NCBI GenBank assembly: GCA_020891255.1
Contig: BQFW01000010.1
Span: 310,001-374,000, forward strand
DNA: 64,000 nucleotides
Source: Entomortierella parvispora E1425
Taxonomy: Eukaryota > Fungi > Mortierellomycota
Direction: 5' to 3'
In this document: positions 1 through 10,530 of the stretch, piece after piece
Position numbering within the stretch: the stretch's first letter is position 1
How the letters are laid out: every line of letters starts with the position of its first letter
Position numbers and translations under genes: made by a program
Notes under the pieces: generated by a model
What the model was told of the DNA's origin: nothing
Database searches by the model: none
The model's input: the letters and a program-made list of their open reading frames with translations, nothing else

Positions 1-827
1 CAATATCGTCGTATGGTATGGGCGAGTTCCTGACATCCTGTCGAGATCGATAGTCGAAGTAAAGGCCGTTCGCTGCTCTTGATCAGCAGTTGTTCAAGGT
101 AGGGACTTGACTCTACAATAGACACCAGGGGGTAGACGTTGAAATCGCGGGTTATTAACCCGAAGCTCCGTAACCTGTAGCTTGTTCTCTTGTTCTCCCT
201 CTCCTTATCCCAGTCTCTGATACATCTTGGCAGAGAACTGGCACTTCCATCCGTGGGGCGCGTCTCCTGAATGACGTGTAGTTCCCGCAAGGTCGGAATC
301 CGGTCCAAGATGAACTCGATGGCGAAAAGCTCAAAAGAGCAGCACTCAAGGGACAGAAAGCGAAGGCTTGAGAGCGTAGAGACCACCTGAAGGGTTCTTT
401 CGGGTAGGGTGGGCACATTGCCTAGTAGGAGGTTCAATCGTCTCAGTGAAGTCCTATGGGTGTGGAGGACAGAGAGCATCCAATCCGCAGAATCCCCCTG
501 GATCTTTGGCGACGTAAAGGCGGTCAGGTTCCGTAGGTGCATGAGACGACTGAAAACTGGACAGAATAAAGGGCACTCGAGCACGCGAACAAAGACCTGG
601 TAGCGCGGGAGGGCTCGCACAAAGGCTCTCTTTTCAAAGAGTTCGGGCTGGATGGAGCGCCAGAGGTGAGATGCAAATGGGCGGAGCCAGCACTTGGCGA
701 CCGCGCATCCATTGGCGAGGTCGGACCTGGGAAGAAAAGCGGCAATCAGAGACAAGATCTCGGGCGTGTCCAGGGGATGTATGTCGGACATTGCACCTTT
801 GCCGCGAAGAGATGGAATCATGGCCAT
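1..827 (-). CDS. F-box/LRR-like protein, 5' part (runs off the left edge of the window)
   Basis: Not in the ORF track because no stop falls inside the window. Manual minus-strand translation from ATG 827 (or 791) is open to base 1: MSDIHPLDTPEILSLIAAFLPRSDLANGCAVAKCWLRPFASHLWRSI is an F-box (LPxEI-like ...W...W), followed by LRR-like segments (LRRLNL, LRFLSLECC, LRELHV, SSPYLEQLLI). Confidence 0.8.
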   Translation of the reverse strand, partial: MAMIPSLRGKGAMSDIHPLDTPEILSLIAAFLPRSDLANGCAVAKCWLRPFASHLWRSIQPELFEKRAFVRALPRYQVFVRVLECPLFCPVFSRLMHLRNLTAFTSPKIQGDSADWMLSVLHTHRTSLRRLNLLLGNVPTLPERTLQVVSTLSSLRFLSLECCSFELFAIEFILDRIPTLRELHVIQETRPTDGSASSLPRCIRDWDKERENKRTSYRLRSFGLITRDFNVYPLVSIVESSPYLEQLLIKSSERPLLRLSISTGCQELAHTIRRY

Positions 828-1322
828 GGATGAACGAGGAAAGAATGAGATTGGATCCGACGCAGTCAAGGTGGTGAGAGATATCTCCTTTTTATCCTCT
901 TCCCGTCTCACATGCAGTGTTTGCAGCAAATAGCGCCTTGGCCCCTGGGGCAAAAACGCTCTCAGTCCGTGTCACCACACTGCACGACAATTGTTGTTGC
1001 CCATGGGCTCAACCCAACCAGGAAATCCGCGATGACAAAACCTCAAAGCCAGATGTTTGCTCGTCGTTCACTCTGCTTCTCAGTCTTTTTTTTTTTTTGA
1101 GTGGATGGAGTATGTCCTGCCATGTCCCACCCCTCACTTTTCTTGGAGCTCCTGTCCTCCCACGCATCAAGGTGCACGTGATGGCAAAAACCCCTTTTGT
1201 TTTTTGCCACCGTCAACTTTTTTTTCCCTCCCTTCTCTTCTTATTTCTTCATCCTTCTCTCATATCATTCTCCAATATTCAAAAAGTCATCACAATCCGT
1301 CCTTAACCCTTCGCAACCAACC

Positions 1323-3191
1323 ATGCACATTATATCTCGAGACGCAAAAAGACGTTTGGTCGCCGATGACCACACTACCACACTCTCTCTTCTTCCACAG
1401 CATCCTCAGCAGCCGCCAAGTGTCCTATTCCTGCCAGAGGTCTTGTTCCAAGTTGGCACACTTATGGACTATGCTGAACTTTGGTCCTGCTCTCTTGTTT
1501 GCTCCAAATGGCATTCAACATTCTCGCCGTTCTTGGACTGGATGGCGATTGGCGACTTCATGTGGTATATGAGTAGAAACAAACATAGGTGCAACGCTAA
1601 CTCTTGCGCATGTACAGACGAAAATCGTGACCGGTGGTGTCCTCAAGGAAGCGATTTTATCAATACGCTCATTCAAAGGGTTACCAAACCCGATGCCGCC
1701 TTTGGGTTTCACAGCTCTCGAAACAGCGAGTTGTTCTTTGCGCGCCTGGACTACATTGAACCCCACCCCGACTCTCCTACCCCGAGCTCAACACCAACTC
1801 TTCGAATCGATTCCATCTGTTTGCTAGCAGAAAAATCCAAAGGTTTGGAACGACTCTCTCTGAACATGAGGCAAAAACTGGATGTTCAGACAGATCAACA
1901 GCAATGTCAGTGGTCACGGGACTTGCGCGATCAAACGGACATGGAGGTTTCGAAGGAGAGTAGTTCTTCAAAGAAGGCTGAAAGTGATTCCAAATCGTGT
2001 TTCGATCTGCCTTTCCCTATGACTCTTCATCAGGTTGAAAGTCCAAACTGGCCCTTTCTAGGAGATGTTACTCTACAAAAGTGTCATTTGGAGCACTCAT
2101 TCCTCCGCGTTCTCATGATCAACGCGCCTGATCTTGAAAATATCGATCTCATATACGTCTCCTTCTCTAAGCCCGAGCCTCGAGAGCTTGCATCTCCTAT
2201 TCCAGTCCAACAGACCGACATCAAAGTCCAGCCTGAAGAGGGAGCACCAAAGAAGGAAACAAGTGACAACAAGAAAGCGCCGGCCATTACTTCACTGAGT
2301 CTTTGGCACGTCAAAGGATTACAGCTTGAAGAAGTTCTTGAGTTTGCAAGCAGGTTGCCCAAGCTCGTTGGTTTCAAATGTTGCCTTGAAGACAGCGCGA
2401 TGCCAAGTCCAGCTATGTCGTCCGATCAAGAATCACTTTCAGCTCTAGGTGGATTCAAGAGTCTTGATAGACTTTCTCTCTACAACAGTCCATGCAAGGA
2501 CACCACCGCCATTTTCAAGACTGCCCAGGATGGCTTCTCTTACTTCACTCTTTCGGATTCGCCAATGAATGAGCCCTTGGTCCAAGCCCTTGTGAGTGCT
2601 CCACACCCTGACGTCATGCGGACAATTGAGCTCATCAACATTGATCTGGTTGATTATGACCATGCCTACAACACCATATTGTGTTCGCTCACTTGTCTGG
2701 AATCGTTCTGTGTCCGTGGAGGAGTCATGGTTTGTGATCCTACAGTCCTAGCACAAGCCAAGTGGGTATGCTCTGACCTCAGGCAGCTGATCGTGAAACC
2801 CAAATGCAATGGCGGCGGGCAAAGATACTCGGCACAGGAATCCCAAGATGCATTCTTGGCACAAGTTGCGTCGCTCGGGCATCTATCTTACTTTGATTTC
2901 GAAGCAGGCGATGAGAAAGGTGACACTTATGGATTCGCTCCCGAACAAAGTTTGGAGATCATTGGGACTATTCCAGTTCTGAAGACATCTAGTTGGCAGC
3001 AGAGGCGAAAGATTAATCTAGGAATGAAGGCGTACAGGAGGATGACAGCAGAGCATGTGGACCAGATTATGACGTGGGAAAAAGGGTGGGTGTTCTATGG
3101 AGTCCCTGTGGCTGAGGATGTCGCCTTTGTTCAGTGCATGAAGATGAAGAAGCAATTTGAACAATTGCACAGATATCACGAGCGGATCTAG
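1323..3191 (+). CDS. F-box/LRR-like protein, subfamily A copy 1 (intact, intronless)
   Basis: ORF 1197..3191; the likely start is ATG 1323 (MHIISRDAKRR). F-box LFLPEVLFQVGTLMDYAELWSCSLVCSKWHSTFSPFLDW; C-terminal AKWVCSDLRQL and QDAFLAQVASLGHL motifs typical of fungal F-box/RNI-like proteins. Paralogous to 7859..9705 and 13054..14790. Confidence 0.85.
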   Translation: MHIISRDAKRRLVADDHTTTLSLLPQHPQQPPSVLFLPEVLFQVGTLMDYAELWSCSLVCSKWHSTFSPFLDWMAIGDFMWYMSRNKHRCNANSCACTDENRDRWCPQGSDFINTLIQRVTKPDAAFGFHSSRNSELFFARLDYIEPHPDSPTPSSTPTLRIDSICLLAEKSKGLERLSLNMRQKLDVQTDQQQCQWSRDLRDQTDMEVSKESSSSKKAESDSKSCFDLPFPMTLHQVESPNWPFLGDVTLQKCHLEHSFLRVLMINAPDLENIDLIYVSFSKPEPRELASPIPVQQTDIKVQPEEGAPKKETSDNKKAPAITSLSLWHVKGLQLEEVLEFASRLPKLVGFKCCLEDSAMPSPAMSSDQESLSALGGFKSLDRLSLYNSPCKDTTAIFKTAQDGFSYFTLSDSPMNEPLVQALVSAPHPDVMRTIELINIDLVDYDHAYNTILCSLTCLESFCVRGGVMVCDPTVLAQAKWVCSDLRQLIVKPKCNGGGQRYSAQESQDAFLAQVASLGHLSYFDFEAGDEKGDTYGFAPEQSLEIIGTIPVLKTSSWQQRRKINLGMKAYRRMTAEHVDQIMTWEKGWVFYGVPVAEDVAFVQCMKMKKQFEQLHRYHERI

Positions 3192-3588
3192 GTAGAAACA
3201 CAAGTGAAAGAATAACAATATTGCCAGGTCCCCGCACTCAGGCTTTGAATAACTGCTCAAAGCAGTGTGGCCGCTCCCGCAATCAACACCAACACAATAC
3301 CTCAAGGTCCTGAGCCTCTGAAATAAAAACATATTCTTCGTCTGACATCGACGAATCTTTTTTTTTTTTTTTTTTTTTTTGGATTATTTTTCACACCTAT
3401 ATCTTGCCGATCCTTTCCACAAGACAACTTTCAACCTCGCAGAGCAGACAGACCATGTACTGTCTGACTTCCCAGTACACTAGCGAGAGAAGGGAAAAAG
3501 ACAACGACGTTCAATTGTATTGTTGGTGACGAGTAAACAAAGCCGCTATAGCCCGGTCTTTGATCTCACTGCGACCCCAGCACCAGTG

Positions 3589-4791
3589 TTACGATCTGAC
3601 TCTCCATGGCTCTAGTCTCTGGATTGCGCTCTCTGGAAACTCGACCTCGACGATCTGAAGATATTCTAACGTCTCCCTGTTATCAAGGATCGCATCCACT
3701 ACCAATTCGTCATAACTATTTGAGAAGCTAGGTCCAAATATCAGACGCTTCCATCCTCCGCCCCTGCCCTTCTTTGCAAATCCAGGATCATTAGAACTAC
3801 TACTATTATATATGTATGAGCAACAAGCACCCTTGGACAGGACTTGGGCCAACTTCCCGCTCATATTGTCACTGATTCCAATGACTTCTAGTTCCTCCAG
3901 GGCTGGACATCGTTTTAGAAGCGCCATTAAAACCTCCATGTCAACGCTTAATCCCGCTATCGTCAAGGACCTCAATCTCTCAAAAGCCTCAGTCGCTACT
4001 GGAATCTCTGCGATCCGATCCAGGATCGCCAACCTCTCCATCTCCACAGCCTTGGGCCGAGTGCTCTTGTTCCTGAATCCAAAGCAACGCAGTTCCAACT
4101 GTTCGATGTTTCGGGGCAAAGCTGCCAGAAGGTAGGCTTGATCCTCGGGGTCCCAGTGTTCAGCGTTAAACTTGACAGTAAACTTCTTTAGAGTTCCAGT
4201 CGCGCGTTGGAGGACGTCCTGGAAGGCTGTAACTTGTGCTGGTGTTCGCGCCGGTCCACCTTTGTAGTCTAGATCAATGCCGAGATCCTCGAAATAGAGC
4301 TTTGTTTTTGTCTTTGAAGCCTCCACTGATGCTGTTGCGGTCGTCACTTCAGAAGATGGCTCTTGATCGGTTAGAGCCTTGTCGTGTCCTAGTCGATCCA
4401 TGCAGGCATCATTCTCTCGGATAGCTCGATAGAAAATATCAAAGAGAGAAGCATGCTCGAGAGACAAGACTTTGATGCGGTGCAGATGAGGCCCCAAGTG
4501 TGAGGATGCTGCAACAGTAGTAACGGTGGGGCTGGTTGTGATGGCGTCTCCAGTCGGGCTGTCCTTGGGCTCTCCATAGCAGTTGACAAAACAATGGTAG
4601 TTGGTGCTTTGTCTGTGGACATCTGGATGCCAGATATGGACCTTGTGCCAGACTTGGTCAATGAATAGATTGTACCAGGCTTTGGAGACTCGCAAACAAA
4701 CCGTGCTTTCATGCCTGGAGAAGAGGGCAAGGATTTGCAAAATGATCTCTGTGGGCAGATCGTTGATGTTTGAGGCGATGGCACGATTCAT
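3589..4791 (-). pseudogene. F-box/LRR-like protein, subfamily C copy 1, C-terminally truncated
   Basis: F-box INDLPTEIILQILALFSRHESTVCLRVSKAWYNLFIDQVW from ATG 4791. It is collinear with the 5508..7475 paralog (shared RCPALEEL) but stops just after SAIQRL, where the paralog continues for ~250 aa (WVC...LGRLTQLREL). Confidence 0.65.
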
Positions 4792-5507
4792 GCTGACGGA
4801 GGGAGGGAGAGAGTTGAAGTTATCCAACGAAGAGGCAAAGCGAGGTAGGGAAACAGCGACAGCAATTGAGAAATCAAAAGGAGAAAGGGAACAATGAAAG
4901 GTCAGAAATACAGTCCTTGAGAGTGGAGGCGCAGTGTTGTTGATGTTGGGACCAGTGAAAGTGCCACAACCATGCTTTGCCTCCCCCACCGAGTGTTTTA
5001 TTAAGTGTTGAGAGAGCCGCTGGGGTTCCAGCACCCTTGCTGCCAAAGGAGGCGCCATACCCACGACCTGTTCCCTCAAGATAGATCGTCTCTCCCCCTT
5101 CATGCAAATGCTGCGCGTGCGCGTGCCCCTCGCGCCCTCTCTTTTGTTCTCATGAAAAAGAAGCTTTTATAGCAACGGCAGTTTTGCTCTGCATGCTCAA
5201 CATCACATGGATGGATGGACGTCAGCGGCAGGGACTTTTAGGTGGAGGACTTGGGGAGAATCAGAGAATCAGTGAATCAGGGGCATCCCTTTTGCTGTCA
5301 TGGGTTGCCTCCTTACCACATGGTGGGCGATGCGATCGAATGAATCCGAGAAAATGGCGACATTCGCGGATTCCATTGACATGAAGTTCACACGATCACA
5401 GCCAGCTAATGCAAAGTAATGGAACTGCGGCACGGTTGAAATCTTCTTTGCCCTTTTCTTTCTTCCAGCTCCTTCTCGGCCAGCCATCAGCTCCAGGATC
5501 GGCAACC

Positions 5508-7475
5508 ATGGACCATCCAAGTCGCACGACCTCCACCATCGCCACAACCACGACCACCGGCAGCTTGTTTAATCTCCCAACTGAAATCCTCTGGGAGATT
5601 AAAGCCTACCTGACTTTACAGGATCGTATACGTTGCGTCTTCGTCTGCAAAGCTTGGTATCAGGAATTCATAAAGGACGTTTGGATGTTCCTGGATCTCA
5701 GTCATAACTATGACAAAAAGTCCATTGACTTTAGGGGGATGCCTCAGTCAATATACGGCTTGCTATTCGCACCAGACAGGCGGTCGATCCCCGAGGTAGC
5801 AGCCACCGAAATCCTTGGTCGATGCCTGTACTGGGTCCACACCCTGGTCATAGATTACAACACTCTTATTATCTTGCAAGATAGGCAAAGGCAGACGGCT
5901 GCAGTGACATATCTGAATGGCAATGGAGAGGGTAATGTGAATGAACATCAGCTACCTCAACAAGCAGCACAGGAGGCATCGATGTTTCAAGCACTCTGGA
6001 GACTGGAAGACCTCACGGTTTGGATTGACCACTTTTGCGGATCTTCTGCCGTTGAGCCCCTTCACCTTGAGCCCATCATCCAACTTCTCCAATCCGCCAC
6101 TCGTCTTCGGAATTTCACGCTCAGGCTGGATTACAAAAACCTCTCTGTTGTGGTCACGATAGAGAAATGGCAGGGTTGTTCAGAGTCCTTCCCAAGAGTC
6201 TGGAACGACTGACAGTGCAATGCCGGGCCAATCAACCTAAAGAGATGACAGGTCAGGACAGTGGCAACATGCCTCCTATAGACACAAAAGAGCTAGAGAC
6301 CATGGAAAATCTGAAGGCGCTTTATCTATTTCACTACAGAGCCGAGCTCAATAATACCATCCTCAAGGAGCTGCTGTTACCAGACGGACGCTGCCCTGCC
6401 TTGGAGGAACTGCATGTTCAAGTGTCACCCAATGCCGACCGCTCTCACCATTTTTCGCGAGAGCACAACATGAACAAAAGCTTGGCCCGTATCATTTCCA
6501 GTGGCAACGGTTCCTCCGGCGAGACTGAACTACGGCCCGATGACAACAGGGTCCCCAGAAGATGGAAAACTATGGCGTTCAAGAGGATGGATTCATTGTA
6601 CATGGATAACGAAGTTGTCGCGGCCATCCTCGACCCACGACTTTGCGCGCATTTGGAGAATCTTTTAGTGGACGGGTGTGAGGCTTTCAACAGTGCATCA
6701 GTGCATCTATGCAGAGGCTGCTGTGCTCATCTCCAAGACTGAAACGATTCAACAGCTTGCCATCGACGATAGAACCAGTCAAGAGGATGACCCGCTGCCA
6801 ATCGATGCATTCATACTCAAGGCAGACGACATTACCTGCTCCCAGTGGGTCTGTTTGGAACTCGAGTCCCTCAAGTGCCTGATTGGTGGGGTCCCGCGAC
6901 CGGATGTCGCCGAAAGGACCAACGGCTGGAAGCTCCTATTCGACCTCAACAACCCAAATTTGTATTCCATGGAGGACAGCCAAGTCGCTCAAAGGCGAGT
7001 TTTGGCAGAGTTGGGTCGACTGACACAATTGCGAGAGCTGTCACTTGGGCGGGATGGGATCGAAGTGAAAGTGGATCGATGTCATGAGTATGGATGCTAT
7101 GGTGACTACTACTGTCGTTTTGCAGGAATGGACCATCAGCTGGATGACGAAACCTATTGTCAGAGATACATGATCGACTTTGACCCAGGGCAACAATACC
7201 AATGCTTATCCTTGACGCTAGAAGATGGATTGGACCTTCTAGTAGGGTTGAAGGCGATGAAAAATTTGGAGGCTGAATGCATGAGACTCCGAAAAGGACC
7301 AAAGGAGGACAACTGGATATACGACAACTGGCCACAACATGATGGCGAGTGGGTGGACTATTTTTGGGCAGAGCGCGGGTATTTCGATCTTTTGCTCGAA
7401 TGGATCGCAGAGATGAACGTTAATGCATGGTATAAAGGACCCTACCTTTTTGCCAATTCCAGAACGACACGCTGA
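5508..7475 (+). pseudogene. F-box/LRR-like subfamily C copy 2, frameshifted (3 lesions)
   Basis: F-box LFNLPTEILWEIKAYLTLQDRIRCVFVCKAW. The coding sequence is split across ORFs 5409..6212, 6167..6742 and 6678..7475. Frameshifts lie at ~6150, at the 8-bp duplication 6692-6707 (removing it restores FNSASMQRLLCSSPRLKRF) and at ~6750. Confidence 0.8.
6692..6707 (+). repeat. Exact 8-bp tandem duplication AGTGCATC x2 causing a frameshift
   Basis: The sequence reads ttcaac-agtgcatc-agtgcatc-tatgcagaggctgctg. A single copy restores the conserved motif. Confidence 0.9.
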
Positions 7476-7858
7476 CTAACACGATAGGTAATAAAAGTTG
7501 ATCTCTCTCCTCTCTTCTCTCTCGTTTGCGGTGATCGGACTGGACTCTATGATTCAGTTACGGGGGTGAACTTGGACACCATTGAGAGGTATGAGGTCCT
7601 TCAGAGATGACTTTTCTCATTGAGGGCATGAGAAGGGTCAACTAGTCTTTTTTTTTGACTTTATTCAATGTTTAACGAGCTACTGTGCAATCAAGGGGGA
7701 TGAGGTCAGGGAGACCAAGATCGTGCACATTTTCCGGATTTTAGATCTCGCTATCTTTCTGAGGTCATGTCCCTCAACAGTGTGTCTAAACTCTGCAATT
7801 GATGTCCGAGAATCATATCTGATGGCAATATTTCGCCGTTATCGTTTGGTCCCACACA

Positions 7859-9705
7859 CTATGGCTCGTGAAGATATCTCCTCACTTTGATATCGGGACC
7901 ATGTTCGCGCATGTAGTCGACAAAGGCTGTATTCTCCGTGACAGGTACCCCATTCAGACGTCTCAGTTTAGGCCACTTTTTCAGGATAAGCTTAGCATGC
8001 TCGATTGTCAATCCTCGGCTTGCCTGAAGTCCCAGTCTAGCGGTTTCAAGACACGGCATGGTCCCGAGCAGATCCAGACTTTTCTCTGGGGCGAATCCTA
8101 GAGTATCACCGTCCCCAGATTGTTCTTCAAAAATCAAGCGGCGAAGTTTCTTCAGTGACCCGACCTGCTTCATGAACGCGTTTTGGGACTCTTCCACTGA
8201 GTAGCTTTCACCACCACGGTCGCACTGGGGTTTTAATTCAAGGTAGTTGAGGTTGGAGCATACCCATCTCGTCTGTTCGAGGAGCATAGGCTTGCAAACC
8301 ATGACCCCTCCCCAAACCACAAGCAACTCCAAACCAGAGAGGGAACAGAGTATAAAGTGGAAAGCGTCCTCACAATCGACAAGGTCTACATTCCTGAACA
8401 TAACACGCCGCAATGTGACGGCATGCTGGCCTCCTACAAGAGCTTGAACTAAGAACTCGGTCACTGGTGAAGAGGTAAGTCCGAAATCAGAAAGAGAGCG
8501 CTGAGCACCCTGGAGTATCTTGGTGGTATCTTTGCTGGGACAACCCTCAAGGCAAATATCCCTAATTGACTGAAAGCCACTAGCGCCAGTGAGAGACTCG
8601 TGATCCAACAAAGCATCTGAGTCCTTGGAAGAATGTTTCCCGATATCGCAATTGAACAGTGAGAGATAGGGAAGATTGCTTGCGAATCGGAGAATATCTG
8701 CAAGCTGCAGCCCTGCGATGCTATGGAGTATCATTGATTTAATAACCGATGCCTCCATGTTCATCTTTATAGAATCCTCTGGAGCTCTCCCTTCCTCAGA
8801 AGGAACCCTGAAGCCAGCGACTGTCATTTGATCCGTTGCAGGATCCACTGATAACGGTTCATGGAAGGCGACACGAGAAATGAATATACTTTCAAGAGCG
8901 GGCGCGTTGCTCATGAGGACTTGAAAGAAAGAGTGCTCCAAGCTACAACCTTGTATATATACATATATACGGATTTTAAACAGGGCCAATTGGGATTCGA
9001 GATTCGTAGACGTGTCATTGATAGAGGTGGAGCAAGGCATGGCTCAGGATGAACTAAGGGTGTAAATGAAGAGCTGTCTGCATCCTCCGTGGAAGCTTTG
9101 GCTTTTGTCAGCTTTCTCAAAGCCCTTGACCACGACAAGTGTTGTTCCGGTTGTTCATCCAACTTGTGTTTCATTTCCAAAAGGAGATGCCGCAAGTTGT
9201 GGGACCTTTCTATTATCAAACAAATGGCATCCGCTCGAGGAGTTTGCACTGCTTTTGACATATGAGAATCAGAGTCGGGCCCATGGTAGCCAAAGTAAGT
9301 ATTGGATAAATGAGTATTCCGAGAGCTATGGGATCCAAAGGCTGAGCTGGGCCTGTAAACCCTGTCCAAGAGCATATCAAAATAGGGGCTACCCTCACGA
9401 ACAAACCAAGTGTCCCAATATTCATCGGTCATATTGTGAGTCTTGGTCCTGTTTCGAATTGTGTTCTTATATTCATCATAGTTGTCGAGGGCCATCCAGT
9501 CTAGGAATGGTGAGAACAATGAATTCCAGGTGGAGCAGACAAGCGAGCAAGGTAGGAGTTCAGACTTGTCCAGATATGTGCCAATTTGGAACAGGATCTC
9601 GGGTAGGAACAAAGCGAGAGAGGGCTGTTCCTGTTGTTGTGCAGAAGGAGAGGGACACTGATCGATAAGCAGGCGTCGTTTTGCAGCTCGAGTGATGACG
9701 GGCAT
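7859..9705 (-). pseudogene. F-box/LRR-like subfamily A copy 2, one frameshift
   Basis: ORFs 8911..9705 and 7859..9040 join into one protein collinear with copies 1 and 3 once one copy of an 8-bp duplication (8955-8970) is removed. This gives NPNWPCLKSVYIQGCSLEHSFFQVL, versus SPNWPFLGDVTLQKCHLEHSFLRVL in copy 1. Confidence 0.85.
8955..8970 (+). repeat. Exact 8-bp tandem duplication ATATATAC x2 causing a frameshift
   Basis: The plus strand reads ttgt-atatatac-atatatac-ggat. Confidence 0.9.
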
Positions 9706-10530
9706 TGTGGATGAGAAGAGATGCTGTGATGCTCAACAAAAAGAGTCAAGTGTGGGCAAAGAGCGAATGAAGGGAGCAAAGGAGGCAACAGAGGGACAAT
9801 GTTGGTTTTTGCCACCATTGCCACTGTCATTTGAATCACGTGGCTTCCGAATATCCTGGAGGTGCGTGCGGGAGCTTGCCATTGTCGAAAGGCGGGCGAA
9901 CGACCCCAATTGTCCTCATGGGACGAGAGCTGTTGACTGCAGGTCGCTACGACACGAATAAAAAGATTCAGTCAAACGATACTTCGAGAGAGCGGATCAA
10001 GCAGCGGTACTCCAGTGACAACGCGCGCTGATGACGCCCTTTTTTTGTTTTGTGAAATGATGTCATAATTATAGAATGAAGGTGGACATGAGTTCGAATG
10101 TGGGACCAGCTAATGGCAAGGTTGAACGAATGAGGGTGCCACAACAAAAACGCATGCATGGACACGCATTTTTCTCGAGGAAGCAGTGACCCTCTGGGGG
10201 GTGACACACACAGTCCATGCTCCGAGGATACAAAGAGGGGTCTGGGCTGAGCCAGCAACCTTGGGCGGGCTGGGGAATGGGAAGAGAGGCAGAGAGAGAC
10301 AAGAGAGACGTTCAATGAGAGCAGACGGCAAAAGGTGCGCTCTTCGATTGGGCGGATCCATTTAGAGACCGGCGGACTGGGGCGCGTGCACACCGCGCAT
10401 GGCGTGTCCTGTGGGCGGGGGAACCCTTGACTTCGCTTCATCGTCTTCATTTGTCCTCTTCCTGTTTTCTTCTTCTTTGCTCTCCTTCCTTCGCTTCCCA
10501 CTCACACTGACGATCCCCTGCCTTCACACC

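Noticed and set aside
10399-10530. Hydrophobic N-terminal extension on F-box D (possible membrane anchor)
   Set aside because: It is most likely the CT-rich 5' UTR read in frame. ATG 10531 has a good context and starts at the F-box. Similar upstream extensions of ORFs 1197, 3589, 5409 and 12925 were trimmed for the same reason.
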